DNA from: Nitrospira sp.
GTDB taxonomy: Bacteria; Nitrospirota; Thermodesulfovibrionia; UBA6902
Reading direction: 5' to 3'
Length of the DNA: 64,000 nucleotides
NCBI GenBank assembly: GCA_016784355.1
Contig: JADHUV010000009.1
Span: 8,746 to 72,745 of the forward strand
Shown here: piece by piece, positions 8,508 through 17,563 of the stretch
Layout of the letters: the number at the start of each line of letters is the position of its first letter
Position numbering within the stretch: the stretch's first letter is position 1
The notes under the pieces: model-generated
Seen by the model: only the letters and a program-made list of their open reading frames with translations
The model's database searches: none
What the model was told of the DNA's origin: nothing
Position numbers and translations under genes: made by a program

Positions 8508-9992
8508 ATGAAAGTTACATTAGTCAATGCGCAGGTACTGGATGGCAACAATGTTGTTCCGCCATTGGGGCTTCTGTATGTGGCCGGCTCGCTGGAAGCT
8601 GCCGGACATGAGGTACAGATCTTTGATGCGGATCCCGAACACGAAACAACCATGCTTCAGCAGATCAAGGACTTTAATCCGGGACTGATAGGCATAAGCT
8701 TTCTGACGGTAGCATATGAACGTGCGGAGGGTCTTTGTAAGGCTCTGAAAAAAGTTCTTCCGGATGTAATGTATTGCGCAGGAGGCGTGCATGCCACGGT
8801 CAAGCCTGAAGAAACATTGAAGGCGTTTGACCTTGATTTGATAATTATGGGTGAAGGCGAGCACACCATGGTAGATTTATGTAACAGGCTCTCAAAGAAT
8901 GAGAGTATTGAGGATGCCCCTGGATTGCTTTATCAAAAAGACGGCGCGATTGTCAGGACTGAACCAAGAGAGCTTATTCAGGATCTTGACTCCATACCAT
9001 TTCCTGCCAGACACCTTATTGATATGACCCCGTATCTGAAGCCCCCGGGAATTATCAGGGGTTATGCTGATAAGAATCAGACAACAATAGTGACCAGTCG
9101 AGGCTGTCCTTTTAAGTGTATTTATTGCGGAAGTCATAATATATTCGGCAGAAAGACCAGGCGGCGCTCATATCAGAACGTTGTTGATGAGATTGAACAT
9201 CTTGCTAAAAATTTCGGTATCAGAGGTATATATTATTGTGATGACACCTTTACCCTTAGTTCCAGGTGGGTTAAGGAATACTGTAATGAATTGAAGAAGA
9301 GAAAACTTGATATTAAGTGGGGCTGTCAGTCGAGGGTTGATCAGACAGACAGGGCACTTATGATAGAGATGAAGTCCTCAGGTCTCGTGCAGCTTGATTT
9401 CGGTGTTGAGAGTGGTTCTGAAAAGATACTTAAGGTACTTGGTAAGGGCGGAGCAGGTGACAGGACATCCCAGATCAAGGAATCCTTCAAGCTTTGCAAG
9501 GAACTTGATATTAGGACTCTTGCTACGTTTATCATTGGTAATCCGACAGAGACAAAGGAGGATATCGATGAGAGCTTTGCGGTAGCAAAAGAAATACAGG
9601 CGGATTATACCGCATTTTATTTCCTGACTCCTTATCCGGGTACGGACATTTATGATCAGGCTATTGCAAATGGATGGCTTGATCCGAACCTGCCTTTCTC
9701 TGAGATATGGGCACACAGGCAGCCGGAACTGCCTCTGATGGCTATTACATTTAGTCAGGAAGATTTAAGGGATATCAGACGTAATCTGCAGAATCATTTC
9801 TTCAGAAAAAATTATCTCGTAAGATCAGGGAATATTAGTTTTTATTCCATCCTGTCTACGATATTTTTCAGGAATCCGGGAATATTCCTGACGGCCTTTG
9901 GGAAATTTCTCCGGACCCGTAGGATGGATTACATAGTTGAGACTTTGAATGCTGAGTACTGGAGAATTAAAAAGTATGAGGGTGCAGGTTAA
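8508..9992 (+). CDS. B12-binding domain radical SAM protein (class B rSAM, probable methyltransferase)
   Basis: N-terminal cobalamin-binding Rossmann-like region; CX3CX2C at aa 200-207 (CPFKCIYC, nt 9105-9128); 65-nt gap to upstream gene, same strand. Confidence 0.8.
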   Translation: MKVTLVNAQVLDGNNVVPPLGLLYVAGSLEAAGHEVQIFDADPEHETTMLQQIKDFNPGLIGISFLTVAYERAEGLCKALKKVLPDVMYCAGGVHATVKPEETLKAFDLDLIIMGEGEHTMVDLCNRLSKNESIEDAPGLLYQKDGAIVRTEPRELIQDLDSIPFPARHLIDMTPYLKPPGIIRGYADKNQTTIVTSRGCPFKCIYCGSHNIFGRKTRRRSYQNVVDEIEHLAKNFGIRGIYYCDDTFTLSSRWVKEYCNELKKRKLDIKWGCQSRVDQTDRALMIEMKSSGLVQLDFGVESGSEKILKVLGKGGAGDRTSQIKESFKLCKELDIRTLATFIIGNPTETKEDIDESFAVAKEIQADYTAFYFLTPYPGTDIYDQAIANGWLDPNLPFSEIWAHRQPELPLMAITFSQEDLRDIRRNLQNHFFRKNYLVRSGNISFYSILSTIFFRNPGIFLTAFGKFLRTRRMDYIVETLNAEYWRIKKYEGAG

Positions 9993-10016
9993 GGCCTGAG
10001 CTTAAACAGATAGAAG

Positions 10017-10050
10017 CCGGGGTGTGTTTTTACCGCCCCGGTTTTTTTAT
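10017..10050. terminator. GC-rich hairpin (GCCGGGG...CCCCGG) followed by T7; rho-independent terminator after the rSAM pair, lying between convergent genes
   Basis: inverted repeat read directly from sequence, followed by TTTTTTT. Confidence 0.5.
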
Positions 10051-10069
10051 CAGCTCAGTCGGTGATCTT

Positions 10070-11449
10070 TTATCGATGGGGCGGGTTTTTTTCGTTCAGA
10101 GCTCCCGCCAATGAATGCGCAAACTCTGAAAGACTTTCATCCCGTGCGCCGAAAATAACATAGGTGTCATGTAGTGCGGCCATATGCAGAATTTCATTTC
10201 TATTTGCAAGGTCAACTGTCTTATTATTTACCCTAATTCCTTCCGCCAGACTCCGGCTTGATATCTCTTTGCTGACAGTTCCCCCAGCGTAATATATCGG
10301 CAGCAGTATGAGCCTGTCGGATATCCTGAGATTAGTAGAAAAAGTTTTTATATACTCATCCTTCATCATCTTCGTAGGTGCATAACCATGGGGCTGGAAT
10401 ATATAGCATATATTGTCCCTGATAGCCGAAGCAGCGCGCATCATGGCCTCTATCTTGTGAGGGTTATGCGCATAATCATCAATGACAAGATGAACTCCGT
10501 CATTTAAGTGGATATCAAAGCGTCTCTCTATCCCCAGAAACTCAGGCAGCACATCGGCTATATCGGCGGCGGGGATTCCGATTTCACTCAGAAGGGCAAT
10601 GCATGACAGTGCGTTATATACATTATATTTTCCCGGGATGGAAAGTGAAAAAGTAGTCTTGTTAATGTTGAACTCAGAGCCAAATGCCATAAAATGAATA
10701 TTCTCTGCTCTGTAGTCAGAGGGCGCTTCGATGGAAAATCCTACAGCATCACTTCTTCGGATTCTGTCCAGGTATACATCATCATAATTGAGCAGGATTT
10801 TTCCCGTGGTATTGTCCATCAGGGTCTGAAACATAGAAGATGTGTGATTAATGGAATGGTGATCGAGGTCCAGATTTAGAATGATTGTATGCTCAGGCTT
10901 GTAATGTATAATACTCCCATCAGATTCGCAGGCCTCGATGACCAGTGTCTCTGAAACTCCGGAAAGTGAGTTGCCTGCACATGAGGGAGATCGGAATTGA
11001 CTTACCCTTCCGCCACCGAGGAAATTAGGAGACAGTCCCAGTCTTTCCATTAAAAAAGCCAGCATGCCTGATACAGTAGATTTACCGCTGGTTCCGGCCA
11101 CTGCAACAGTCCTGAAGGATCGGGTGATATCCGCCAGTAATTCCGGGCGCGTCATAAGGGGTATCCCTATTAATTTTGCCTTGAGTATCTCGGGGTGGTC
11201 AGCCTCGATAGCAGTACTAAACACTGCAAGATCAAGTGACTCATTAATTCCACTGCCGTCTTGTGGAAAGAGTGAAATGCCTTGAGAGGGGAAGAAAGAT
11301 TTCAGGGGGTGCTCGCCGTTATCAAAGGCCCTGTCCGAGCCGGTAATAATATGGCCCTTTTTTGCCATAAATCCGGCCAGTGCGGAGACGCCGCTGCCTC
11401 CTATGCCGGAAAAGAATATTCTGGAGTTCTTCTTAATCATATGAAGCAT
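10070..11449 (-). CDS. Mur ligase family protein, UDP-N-acetylmuramate:L-alanine ligase (MurC) or murein tripeptide ligase (Mpl); length favours Mpl
   Basis: 459 aa; GIGGSG N-terminal motif, AVAGTSGKST P-loop, C-terminal DDYAHNP motif shared by MurC/Mpl. Confidence 0.75.
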   Translation of the reverse strand: MLHMIKKNSRIFFSGIGGSGVSALAGFMAKKGHIITGSDRAFDNGEHPLKSFFPSQGISLFPQDGSGINESLDLAVFSTAIEADHPEILKAKLIGIPLMTRPELLADITRSFRTVAVAGTSGKSTVSGMLAFLMERLGLSPNFLGGGRVSQFRSPSCAGNSLSGVSETLVIEACESDGSIIHYKPEHTIILNLDLDHHSINHTSSMFQTLMDNTTGKILLNYDDVYLDRIRRSDAVGFSIEAPSDYRAENIHFMAFGSEFNINKTTFSLSIPGKYNVYNALSCIALLSEIGIPAADIADVLPEFLGIERRFDIHLNDGVHLVIDDYAHNPHKIEAMMRAASAIRDNICYIFQPHGYAPTKMMKDEYIKTFSTNLRISDRLILLPIYYAGGTVSKEISSRSLAEGIRVNNKTVDLANRNEILHMAALHDTYVIFGARDESLSEFAHSLAGALNEKNPPHR

Positions 11450-11668
11450 CTATTGTAACGCAATTTACTTATGAATACTCTGACATCTTGTGTATGATGA
11501 ACATCATATATACTTGTAGCTATATTTTTATAAAGTTAAGTCACAACATATGATAGTTCGTTCATAAAGAACGCAATGTTCTGGCAAATCGTGCATTCTT
11601 ATAAGTCTATATATAAGTGCAGGCAGAATATATTTTAATTCGGGAAGATCTACCACTGGAGATTCAAT

Positions 11669-12217
11669 ATGAATGAAGCAGATAATTTTTTTTCAAAGAT
11701 GCGAGGAGGAGCCAAGAGTCCTCCTGTAGTCAGTCTTTCAGAGATATTCCTGTCGTGGGTAGGGGCATTTGCGGGGATATCAGCGGTGGCCTTCATGAAT
11801 TATAATGTGTTTAATGAGTCTGACTTTGTAATGATAATCGGCTCATTCGGTGCGTCTGCCGTCTTGATATATGGAGCGATCAAGAGCCCTCTGGCACAGC
11901 CGAGAAATCTGATCGGTGGACATGTGATATCAGCATTGATTGGAGTAGCCTCTTATCAGATGCTGGGTAGTACTATGTGGCTTGCCTCCGCTGTCGCAGT
12001 GGCTACCTCCATAGCGGTGATGCATGCGACAAAAACCCTTCATCCTCCCGGAGGGGCAACGGCATTAATAGCCGTTATAGGAAGTGAAAAAATACATGCC
12101 CTGGGATATATGTATGCCCTTGTGCCGGTTGGGGCAGGCGCGATTATAATGCTTTTGGTAGCGCTCATAGTTAACAATTGTGCTAAATCCAGGAAGTACC
12201 CTGAGTTCTGGCTGTAA
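11669..12217 (+). CDS. HPP family integral membrane protein
   Basis: 182 aa, 4 TM, conserved HPPGGATAL motif. Confidence 0.7.
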   Translation: MNEADNFFSKMRGGAKSPPVVSLSEIFLSWVGAFAGISAVAFMNYNVFNESDFVMIIGSFGASAVLIYGAIKSPLAQPRNLIGGHVISALIGVASYQMLGSTMWLASAVAVATSIAVMHATKTLHPPGGATALIAVIGSEKIHALGYMYALVPVGAGAIIMLLVALIVNNCAKSRKYPEFWL

Positions 12218-12261
12218 ATACGGCGTCACATTATTATCGATTTATAAATATTAATTGTAAT

Positions 12262-12738
12262 CTATGAAACAGTTATTTTAACGGGTTCACTGATCCAGGT
12301 CCCGTGCAGATTACAGTCTTCTATTGCTTCTATAGTTGCTGATTTCTCAAGTTTTATTTTGAAGGTTGCTGAGGATGCTGTAGTTCCGCCCGCCTTGTAT
12401 TCAGTTCGCGCAATCTCGACTCCGTCTGAAAGCAGCAGTATCATTGTGATCCAATGCTTTGACGTAGTCGGATGCTCGCTCATAAAGCCTACATTAACCG
12501 TCACCTCAAACCATTCTTCTGCCTTGATGGATAATGGACTTTTGATACCCGGGACATGCTTTTTTTCCATGCCGCTGGGGTTGCCATGATTAGTCAGGCT
12601 TTTATAACTTTCTCTGTATGCTCCTGATGGTACTCCGCTGAAAACTGCCTCTGCCTTGTTAGCCGTCAGCAACGCTGCGGTGGTTGCGATCCCCTTTAAA
12701 AAAGTTCTTCGTTCCATTTGTTCTCCTTTTAATAACAT
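12262..12738 (-). CDS. Tat-signal desulfoferrodoxin/neelaredoxin-type superoxide reductase-like protein (probable start at Met8, nt 12717)
   Basis: RRTFLKG twin-arginine motif; complete SOR Fe-site ligand pattern EKKHVP / HPTTSKH / CNLHGTW. Confidence 0.7.
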   Translation of the reverse strand: MLLKGEQMERRTFLKGIATTAALLTANKAEAVFSGVPSGAYRESYKSLTNHGNPSGMEKKHVPGIKSPLSIKAEEWFEVTVNVGFMSEHPTTSKHWITMILLLSDGVEIARTEYKAGGTTASSATFKIKLEKSATIEAIEDCNLHGTWISEPVKITVS

Positions 12739-12787
12739 TATCTCAGTTATAAGTATGTGCCCTATTTCTTTATATGATTTTATACGT

Positions 12788-12817
12788 TATGAATTTAAAT
12801 CCTATGATTTAAATCAT
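12788..12817. promoter_or_regulatory. tandem 15-bp elements TATGAATTTAAATCC / TATGATTTAAATCAT (second is a perfect 14-bp palindrome ATGATTTAAATCAT) upstream of the SOR-like gene
   Basis: read directly from sequence; about 50-70 bp upstream of the SOR start on the minus strand. Confidence 0.3.
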
Positions 12818-13012
12818 GAATTCTCAGATATTATTCCTCGCCACTGTGACAAATTAATGACGGTACTATGATAAGCGGCTTGATTAGCTATAGGGTTTGC
12901 ATGAAGAGGATCTGTATTTCAGTCCCGTTTTTGGAAGTGAAAATTACAGTTTAGCAGCGGGTTGGCCGAAAAGATAATTGAATGCAAGGAAACAATGTGC
13001 TTATATGCCTGA

Positions 13013-13029
13013 TGGGCATGTAAGTTGCA
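13013..13029 (+). promoter_or_regulatory. sigma-54 (-24/-12) promoter TGGGCATG-N4-TTGCA (GG at 13015-16, GC at 13027-28, 10-nt spacing)
   Basis: near-perfect match to the TGGCACG-N4-TTGCW consensus, about 85 bp upstream of the CDS at 13112. Confidence 0.5.
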
Positions 13030-13111
13030 TGTACATAAATTGGAAGGTGAACTTAACTCAGGGAGGTAGTAATAGTGCTAATGGACGTTTTTTAAAAGGA
13101 AGGAGGTTGAC

Positions 13112-13450
13112 ATGGTAGATATTAATAACAAGCTGGAATTATGCAGTATTTGCCGGGATGAGTACACATCAATTAATAGCGAGGCTGCACCTGGAGTGAT
13201 ACTCCATGTATGTCAGAAATGCCTCGACCTTGCCAGGGACAATTTTATATGGATCTGCCTCGGATGCGGGCAGGTACACTTTAGATCGAAAAAACAGGTT
13301 ATTGCTGCAACAACAGATTTTGAGCTGAAGCGGGCTTATATGCTTTGCGAAGACCAGACCGTTATACAGGGCATTGATATTTGCATCAGTTGTGATCCTG
13401 AAGGAATTATGGAGTATGTAGAGTCCAATAGATCTGCAGTTGAGTGTTAA
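13112..13450 (+). CDS. small Cys-rich protein, four CxxC pairs (two zinc-ribbon-like modules)
   Basis: 112 aa; strong RBS AGGAAGGAGG 6 nt upstream; CSIC, CQKC, CLGC, CISC pairs; sigma-54 promoter upstream and terminator downstream. Confidence 0.55.
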   Translation: MVDINNKLELCSICRDEYTSINSEAAPGVILHVCQKCLDLARDNFIWICLGCGQVHFRSKKQVIAATTDFELKRAYMLCEDQTVIQGIDICISCDPEGIMEYVESNRSAVEC

Positions 13451-13455
13451 AGGTG

Positions 13456-13489
13456 TATGACCTGGATTATCATTGATGATTCAGGTCAT
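13456..13489. repeat. 34-bp palindrome TATGACCTGG-attatcattgatgat-TCAGGTCATA immediately after the stop codon
   Basis: perfect 9-10 bp arms read from sequence. Confidence 0.4.
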
Positions 13490-13509
13490 ATGTTTGTAAG
13501 TGTGAGAAA

Positions 13510-13545
13510 AAACAGCCGCTTGTTATAGCGGTTGTTTTTGTATGC
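13510..13545. terminator. hairpin CAGCCGC-ttgttata-GCGGTTG followed by a T-run; terminator between convergent genes
   Basis: stem-loop plus TTTTT read from sequence. Confidence 0.45.
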
Positions 13546-13566
13546 AGTGGATTTGCCCGATTAGAA

Positions 13567-15975
13567 TTAATTTTCTGCGGCAAGTTGTGCATTAATTTTT
13601 CGTAGTAGTTGTTTGGGTCCATCAGCTTCAGGGGCCAATGTAATAAGTTTTTCGGCATATGGTCTGGCAGGCAGCCACTTTTTCTCCTGCATATAAAAAA
13701 TTACCACAGCCTGGACAATGCCTGGATCGGTGGTATCAGTCTTATGAGCCAAAAGCATTTCTGAAAGTGCTTCGGTATTTCTGCCTGTATGTCGTAGTGC
13801 CAAAGCATAATTATACCGGATACGGGCGCGATCAGGTTGTAATTCAGTGGCCCGTTTCAGAGATGCTACTGCCTCAGACAGGCGTTTTGTCTCCGAATAT
13901 AATAGGCCGAGAGAGTAGTGGGCCTCCCCGTTGTCAGGCTCAAACTCAAGGATTGCCCCGTAGGTATGCTCAGCATCCTTAGAGCGGTCCTCTGAATTGT
14001 AGAGATTAGCAAGATTGAAATAAGCAGGCGTATAGTCATTGGCAAGTCTGATCGCGGTTTTATATGAAACTTCCGCACTTTCAAGCTGTCCGAGGTTTTC
14101 ATGCAGTATTCCGAGATTGAGGTGTGCTTCCGGGCGGTCTGCTATGGTCTCCTGTGATTCAATATATTGATCAAGGGCAATTTTAAAAGTGGAAAACACA
14201 CTTTCACTGAAAAACTCACGGGGTATCTCTGTAAGGGCACGGGCTACTTCGGTTCTTACCGCTCTTATTTCATCTTTAAGCAGGGGCACGAGCAGGGAGT
14301 ATTTTTTCTCAAGCCCCTCAGGATCCGCGTCTTTAGGTATAAGGATGGATAAACCTTTTACCGCCTCATAGCGCACCAGAGGATCCTCGGCATTAAGCGA
14401 AAGGGCGGTTATATCAATGGAGGCCTTGCCTCGGAAGCGTGAAAGTATATTCAGTGCAGTAGCCCTGATAATAGCCGGTCTGTTATCGTCTGTAATAATT
14501 TTAAATAAATCTGCCCTGACCCCGGGGTTTCCTTTTTGAGCAGCTGCAAATGTCTCTGTCACGTTGTCTTCCGAACGGGATTTTGCATAAGGATACCATA
14601 CATTCATCTGCGTAGCAGCCCATTGCGCAGTTTTATCTTTATGACATCTGTTGCAGGGGTTCGGAATATCCAGTTTGAGTGTGAGATCAGGTCGCGGGAT
14701 CTGAAACTTATGATCACGTCTCGGATCAACGATCATGTATGTAGTCTCCGGCATATGGCACTCAACACACTGTGCGCCTTTAGATCCCTCCTTGTGGAAA
14801 TGATGCATGGGTGAATCATAGTCCAGTTGCTGTACGCCTGTAATCTCTCTTTCGGGTGATGAAGCATGGCATTCTATGCAAAGGTCATTGCCTGGACTCT
14901 TCAGATCTGCGCTATGAGGGTCATGACAGTCCGTACATCTCACGCCCTTCTGATATTTTTTGGACTGGAGAAATGAACCATATACGTAGACCTCATCCCG
15001 TATTTGTCCATCTGGATAATAAAAAGGCTCAGTCAGAACCTGCGGCACATAATGGTCCATAAAGGGTTTGCTGAAAGTATATTCCTCCTGCAGGCCATTA
15101 CGCAGTGAATGGCATCGGGCACAGCCCTCTATTTGAACTCGGGAGGAAATGGCTGACAGGTTAATCGTAAGGCCGGTTTGATTATACGAGTGTTTAGTAT
15201 TCCTGTCAGCAGAACCTGCCCATTCTATATGGTTTGAACCCGGGCCGTGGCAGGCCTGGCAGCCGACATCTATGTCTGACCATGTTGTGCTGAAGGTGTC
15301 GCCTAGAAGATCGTAATTTTTTCGAATATTTGTTGAATGGCATTCAGCACACATATAGTTCCAGTTGAAAAAACGTTTTGTCCAGTGAAATGAATGAGCA
15401 GATGTTATTTTTTCATCAGGATGCAGATGGATCCACTTCTGACCGCCCATATTCCCGGGATGATTATTCCAGGCGATATCCAGTATTTGCATTCGTCCGT
15501 CCGGGAACTTGATCATGTACTGCTGAAGGGGTTCTACGCCGAATACATAACTGATCTCGTAATCGTGCAGCTTGCCGTCAGGTCCATCTGTTCTGGCAAA
15601 GAATTTTTTGTTTTTTTTATAGAATTTTGAGGTTATTCCCTGATGTGTAAATACGGAATCGTTGAAATCTCCCTTTACGGTGTCCTTGTATGCGATGTCC
15701 ATGGCAAGGTCATGATGCGAATTTCTCCATTTTCTGAATTGAGCAGCATGGCACCTGGAGCAAACCCTGTCACGGACATAGCCGGCTTTGGCTGTAAAGG
15801 TTGCCTGGGATGTCTGTTTTTGTAGCTGTTCAGTCTGTGCTGGTTTATCAATGTCAGGGCTGCAGCCTTGCAGGGATGCACCCATTATAAGTATGGTAAT
15901 TAAGAAATAGGATATAAAGTGATTTGACAGTTTGTTCGCCATGGCTTTACATTTTAGCACATTTAAAGAATGCAA
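13567..15975 (-). CDS. multihaem c-type cytochrome lipoprotein (8 CxxCH) with C-terminal TPR repeats
   Basis: CSRCH, CAECH, CQACH, CARCH, CTDCH, CIECH, CVECH, CNRCH motifs; lipobox-like LQGCS after signal peptide; TPR-like C-terminal third. Confidence 0.8.
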   Translation of the reverse strand: MHSLNVLKCKAMANKLSNHFISYFLITILIMGASLQGCSPDIDKPAQTEQLQKQTSQATFTAKAGYVRDRVCSRCHAAQFRKWRNSHHDLAMDIAYKDTVKGDFNDSVFTHQGITSKFYKKNKKFFARTDGPDGKLHDYEISYVFGVEPLQQYMIKFPDGRMQILDIAWNNHPGNMGGQKWIHLHPDEKITSAHSFHWTKRFFNWNYMCAECHSTNIRKNYDLLGDTFSTTWSDIDVGCQACHGPGSNHIEWAGSADRNTKHSYNQTGLTINLSAISSRVQIEGCARCHSLRNGLQEEYTFSKPFMDHYVPQVLTEPFYYPDGQIRDEVYVYGSFLQSKKYQKGVRCTDCHDPHSADLKSPGNDLCIECHASSPEREITGVQQLDYDSPMHHFHKEGSKGAQCVECHMPETTYMIVDPRRDHKFQIPRPDLTLKLDIPNPCNRCHKDKTAQWAATQMNVWYPYAKSRSEDNVTETFAAAQKGNPGVRADLFKIITDDNRPAIIRATALNILSRFRGKASIDITALSLNAEDPLVRYEAVKGLSILIPKDADPEGLEKKYSLLVPLLKDEIRAVRTEVARALTEIPREFFSESVFSTFKIALDQYIESQETIADRPEAHLNLGILHENLGQLESAEVSYKTAIRLANDYTPAYFNLANLYNSEDRSKDAEHTYGAILEFEPDNGEAHYSLGLLYSETKRLSEAVASLKRATELQPDRARIRYNYALALRHTGRNTEALSEMLLAHKTDTTDPGIVQAVVIFYMQEKKWLPARPYAEKLITLAPEADGPKQLLRKINAQLAAEN

Positions 15976-16002
15976 TTGGATTTATATCAGGGTTATGCGG
16001 CA

Positions 16003-16036
16003 TAAAAAAGCACCTGCATTATAAGCAGGTGCTTTC
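16003..16036. terminator. hairpin AAGCACCTGC-attata-GCAGGTGCTT, T-rich on the minus strand; terminator for apt
   Basis: 10-bp perfect stem; the minus-strand reading is followed by TTTTTTAT. Confidence 0.55.
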
Positions 16037-16106
16037 ATTATTACTAAATTACTAAATTTTCTATTGAGAACAGCTGGCTGCGCTGTATACTTCTACAAAG
16101 GTTAGA

Positions 16107-16640
16107 TCAATCTCCCTCAAATTCGGTAAGGCAGTAGATTTTGTAACCTTTTTCTTTTAACTTTGCCGCTCCGCCAACATCAGGGAGGTCTACAATAAAA
16201 GCCATTTCAGCAACTATCCCGCCAAGTTTCTCTACGAGAGCAGCCGCAGCAATTGCTGTTCCGCCTGTTGCAAGCAGATCATCTACGAGCAGGACTCTTG
16301 TGCCCTTTTCGAAGGCATCGATATGGATTTCCATTTTGTCCGTTCCGTATTCAAGCTGATATTCTTCAGTGATTACTTCTCCGGGGAGTTTTCCTGGTTT
16401 TCTGATAGGAACAAAGCCCTTGCCGAGTGTATAGGAGAGAGCACCTCCAATAATAAAACCACGGGCCTCAATGCCGATTACGATATCAAAATCAACTTCT
16501 TCAGTGATGTATCTCTGTGTGAAATTGTCTATCACAAGCCTGAAGCCGACCGGGTCCTTAATAAGTGTTGTGATGTCTCTGAACATAATCCCCTTTTTGG
16601 GGTGGTCAGGTATAGTTCTGATTTTTGATTTTATTGGCAT
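16107..16640 (-). CDS. apt: adenine phosphoribosyltransferase
   Basis: 177 aa; PRTase motif VLLVDDLLATGGT; typical Apt N-terminus. Confidence 0.9.
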   Translation of the reverse strand: MPIKSKIRTIPDHPKKGIMFRDITTLIKDPVGFRLVIDNFTQRYITEEVDFDIVIGIEARGFIIGGALSYTLGKGFVPIRKPGKLPGEVITEEYQLEYGTDKMEIHIDAFEKGTRVLLVDDLLATGGTAIAAAALVEKLGGIVAEMAFIVDLPDVGGAAKLKEKGYKIYCLTEFEGD

Positions 16641-16661
16641 AATAATCTCCTTAATATTGTT

Positions 16662-17426
16662 TTAGCTTGCGCAGATATCTTCATATTCCCGAATCTTCGG
16701 GATTACCTTTAGAAACAGATTTATGACATTACCGGAATTTTTACTCATGGTTGCCTTGATCATTTCCCAGGTTACCGGCTCTTCTTCCTCGTGCCAGCAG
16801 TCATAATCAGTGGACATGGCGATAGCAGCATAGTGAATCTTCTTTTCTCTTGCAAGTGGTGCCTCGGGAACCGAGCTCATGTTTATAATATCCGCATTCC
16901 AGCTTCTGAACATATGGCTTTCGGCCTTGGTAGAAAATCTTGGCCCCTCAATAGTTATAACCGTTTTATCACTGTGATATGTAAGACCCATTTCCCCGGC
17001 GGTCTCAGCCAGAAGGTTCAGGAGGTTCGGACAGAAGGGGTCAGCCATGGATGTATGTACCACCACATCTTCATTGAAAAAAGTCGTTTCTCTTTTTCTG
17101 GTATGGTCTATAAACTGGCTTGGAAATACAAGGTGTCCGGGAGCGATCTCCTGACGTAATGATCCCACTGCGGTGGCGGCAAGTATGTGGGTGCAGCCTT
17201 GTTCCTTTAGCGCCCATATATTGGCCCTGAAATTTACCTTTGATGGATAGATGGAATGGTCTTTGCCGTGTCTTGCGATAATGATGACTTCAGTGCCCTG
17301 TATCGAACCGCAGGTCAGCTCTGAAGAAGGAGCACCGTAAGGTGTTTCCATTGTAATTTCTTTGGCGTCTTTTAGGATGTCCGGGTTATCAAGCCCTGAT
17401 CCGCCGATAATTCCAATCTTGATCAT
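16662..17426 (-). CDS. mtnP: S-methyl-5'-thioadenosine phosphorylase
   Basis: 254 aa; IGIIGGSG N-terminus and PNP/MTAP family motifs; adjacent to apt (MTA gives adenine, which Apt salvages). Confidence 0.85.
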   Translation of the reverse strand: MIKIGIIGGSGLDNPDILKDAKEITMETPYGAPSSELTCGSIQGTEVIIIARHGKDHSIYPSKVNFRANIWALKEQGCTHILAATAVGSLRQEIAPGHLVFPSQFIDHTRKRETTFFNEDVVVHTSMADPFCPNLLNLLAETAGEMGLTYHSDKTVITIEGPRFSTKAESHMFRSWNADIINMSSVPEAPLAREKKIHYAAIAMSTDYDCWHEEEEPVTWEMIKATMSKNSGNVINLFLKVIPKIREYEDICAS

Positions 17427-17563
17427 AATAACTCCTTATCATGGGGATGTAATTTACAGAAAAAAGATGAACAGTTTTATCAGTGATATATATTTTAGTT
17501 AATTGAGCGCCTAAAAATCAAAGGAGTTTCTTCGGTCCCTGCGTTTGTCGGAAGGGCAGTATG

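Noticed and set aside
16042-16061. Short tandem duplication TTACTAAA-TTACTAAA downstream of the apt terminator
   Set aside because: Only two copies in AT-rich intergenic DNA; no supporting context; likely chance or slippage.
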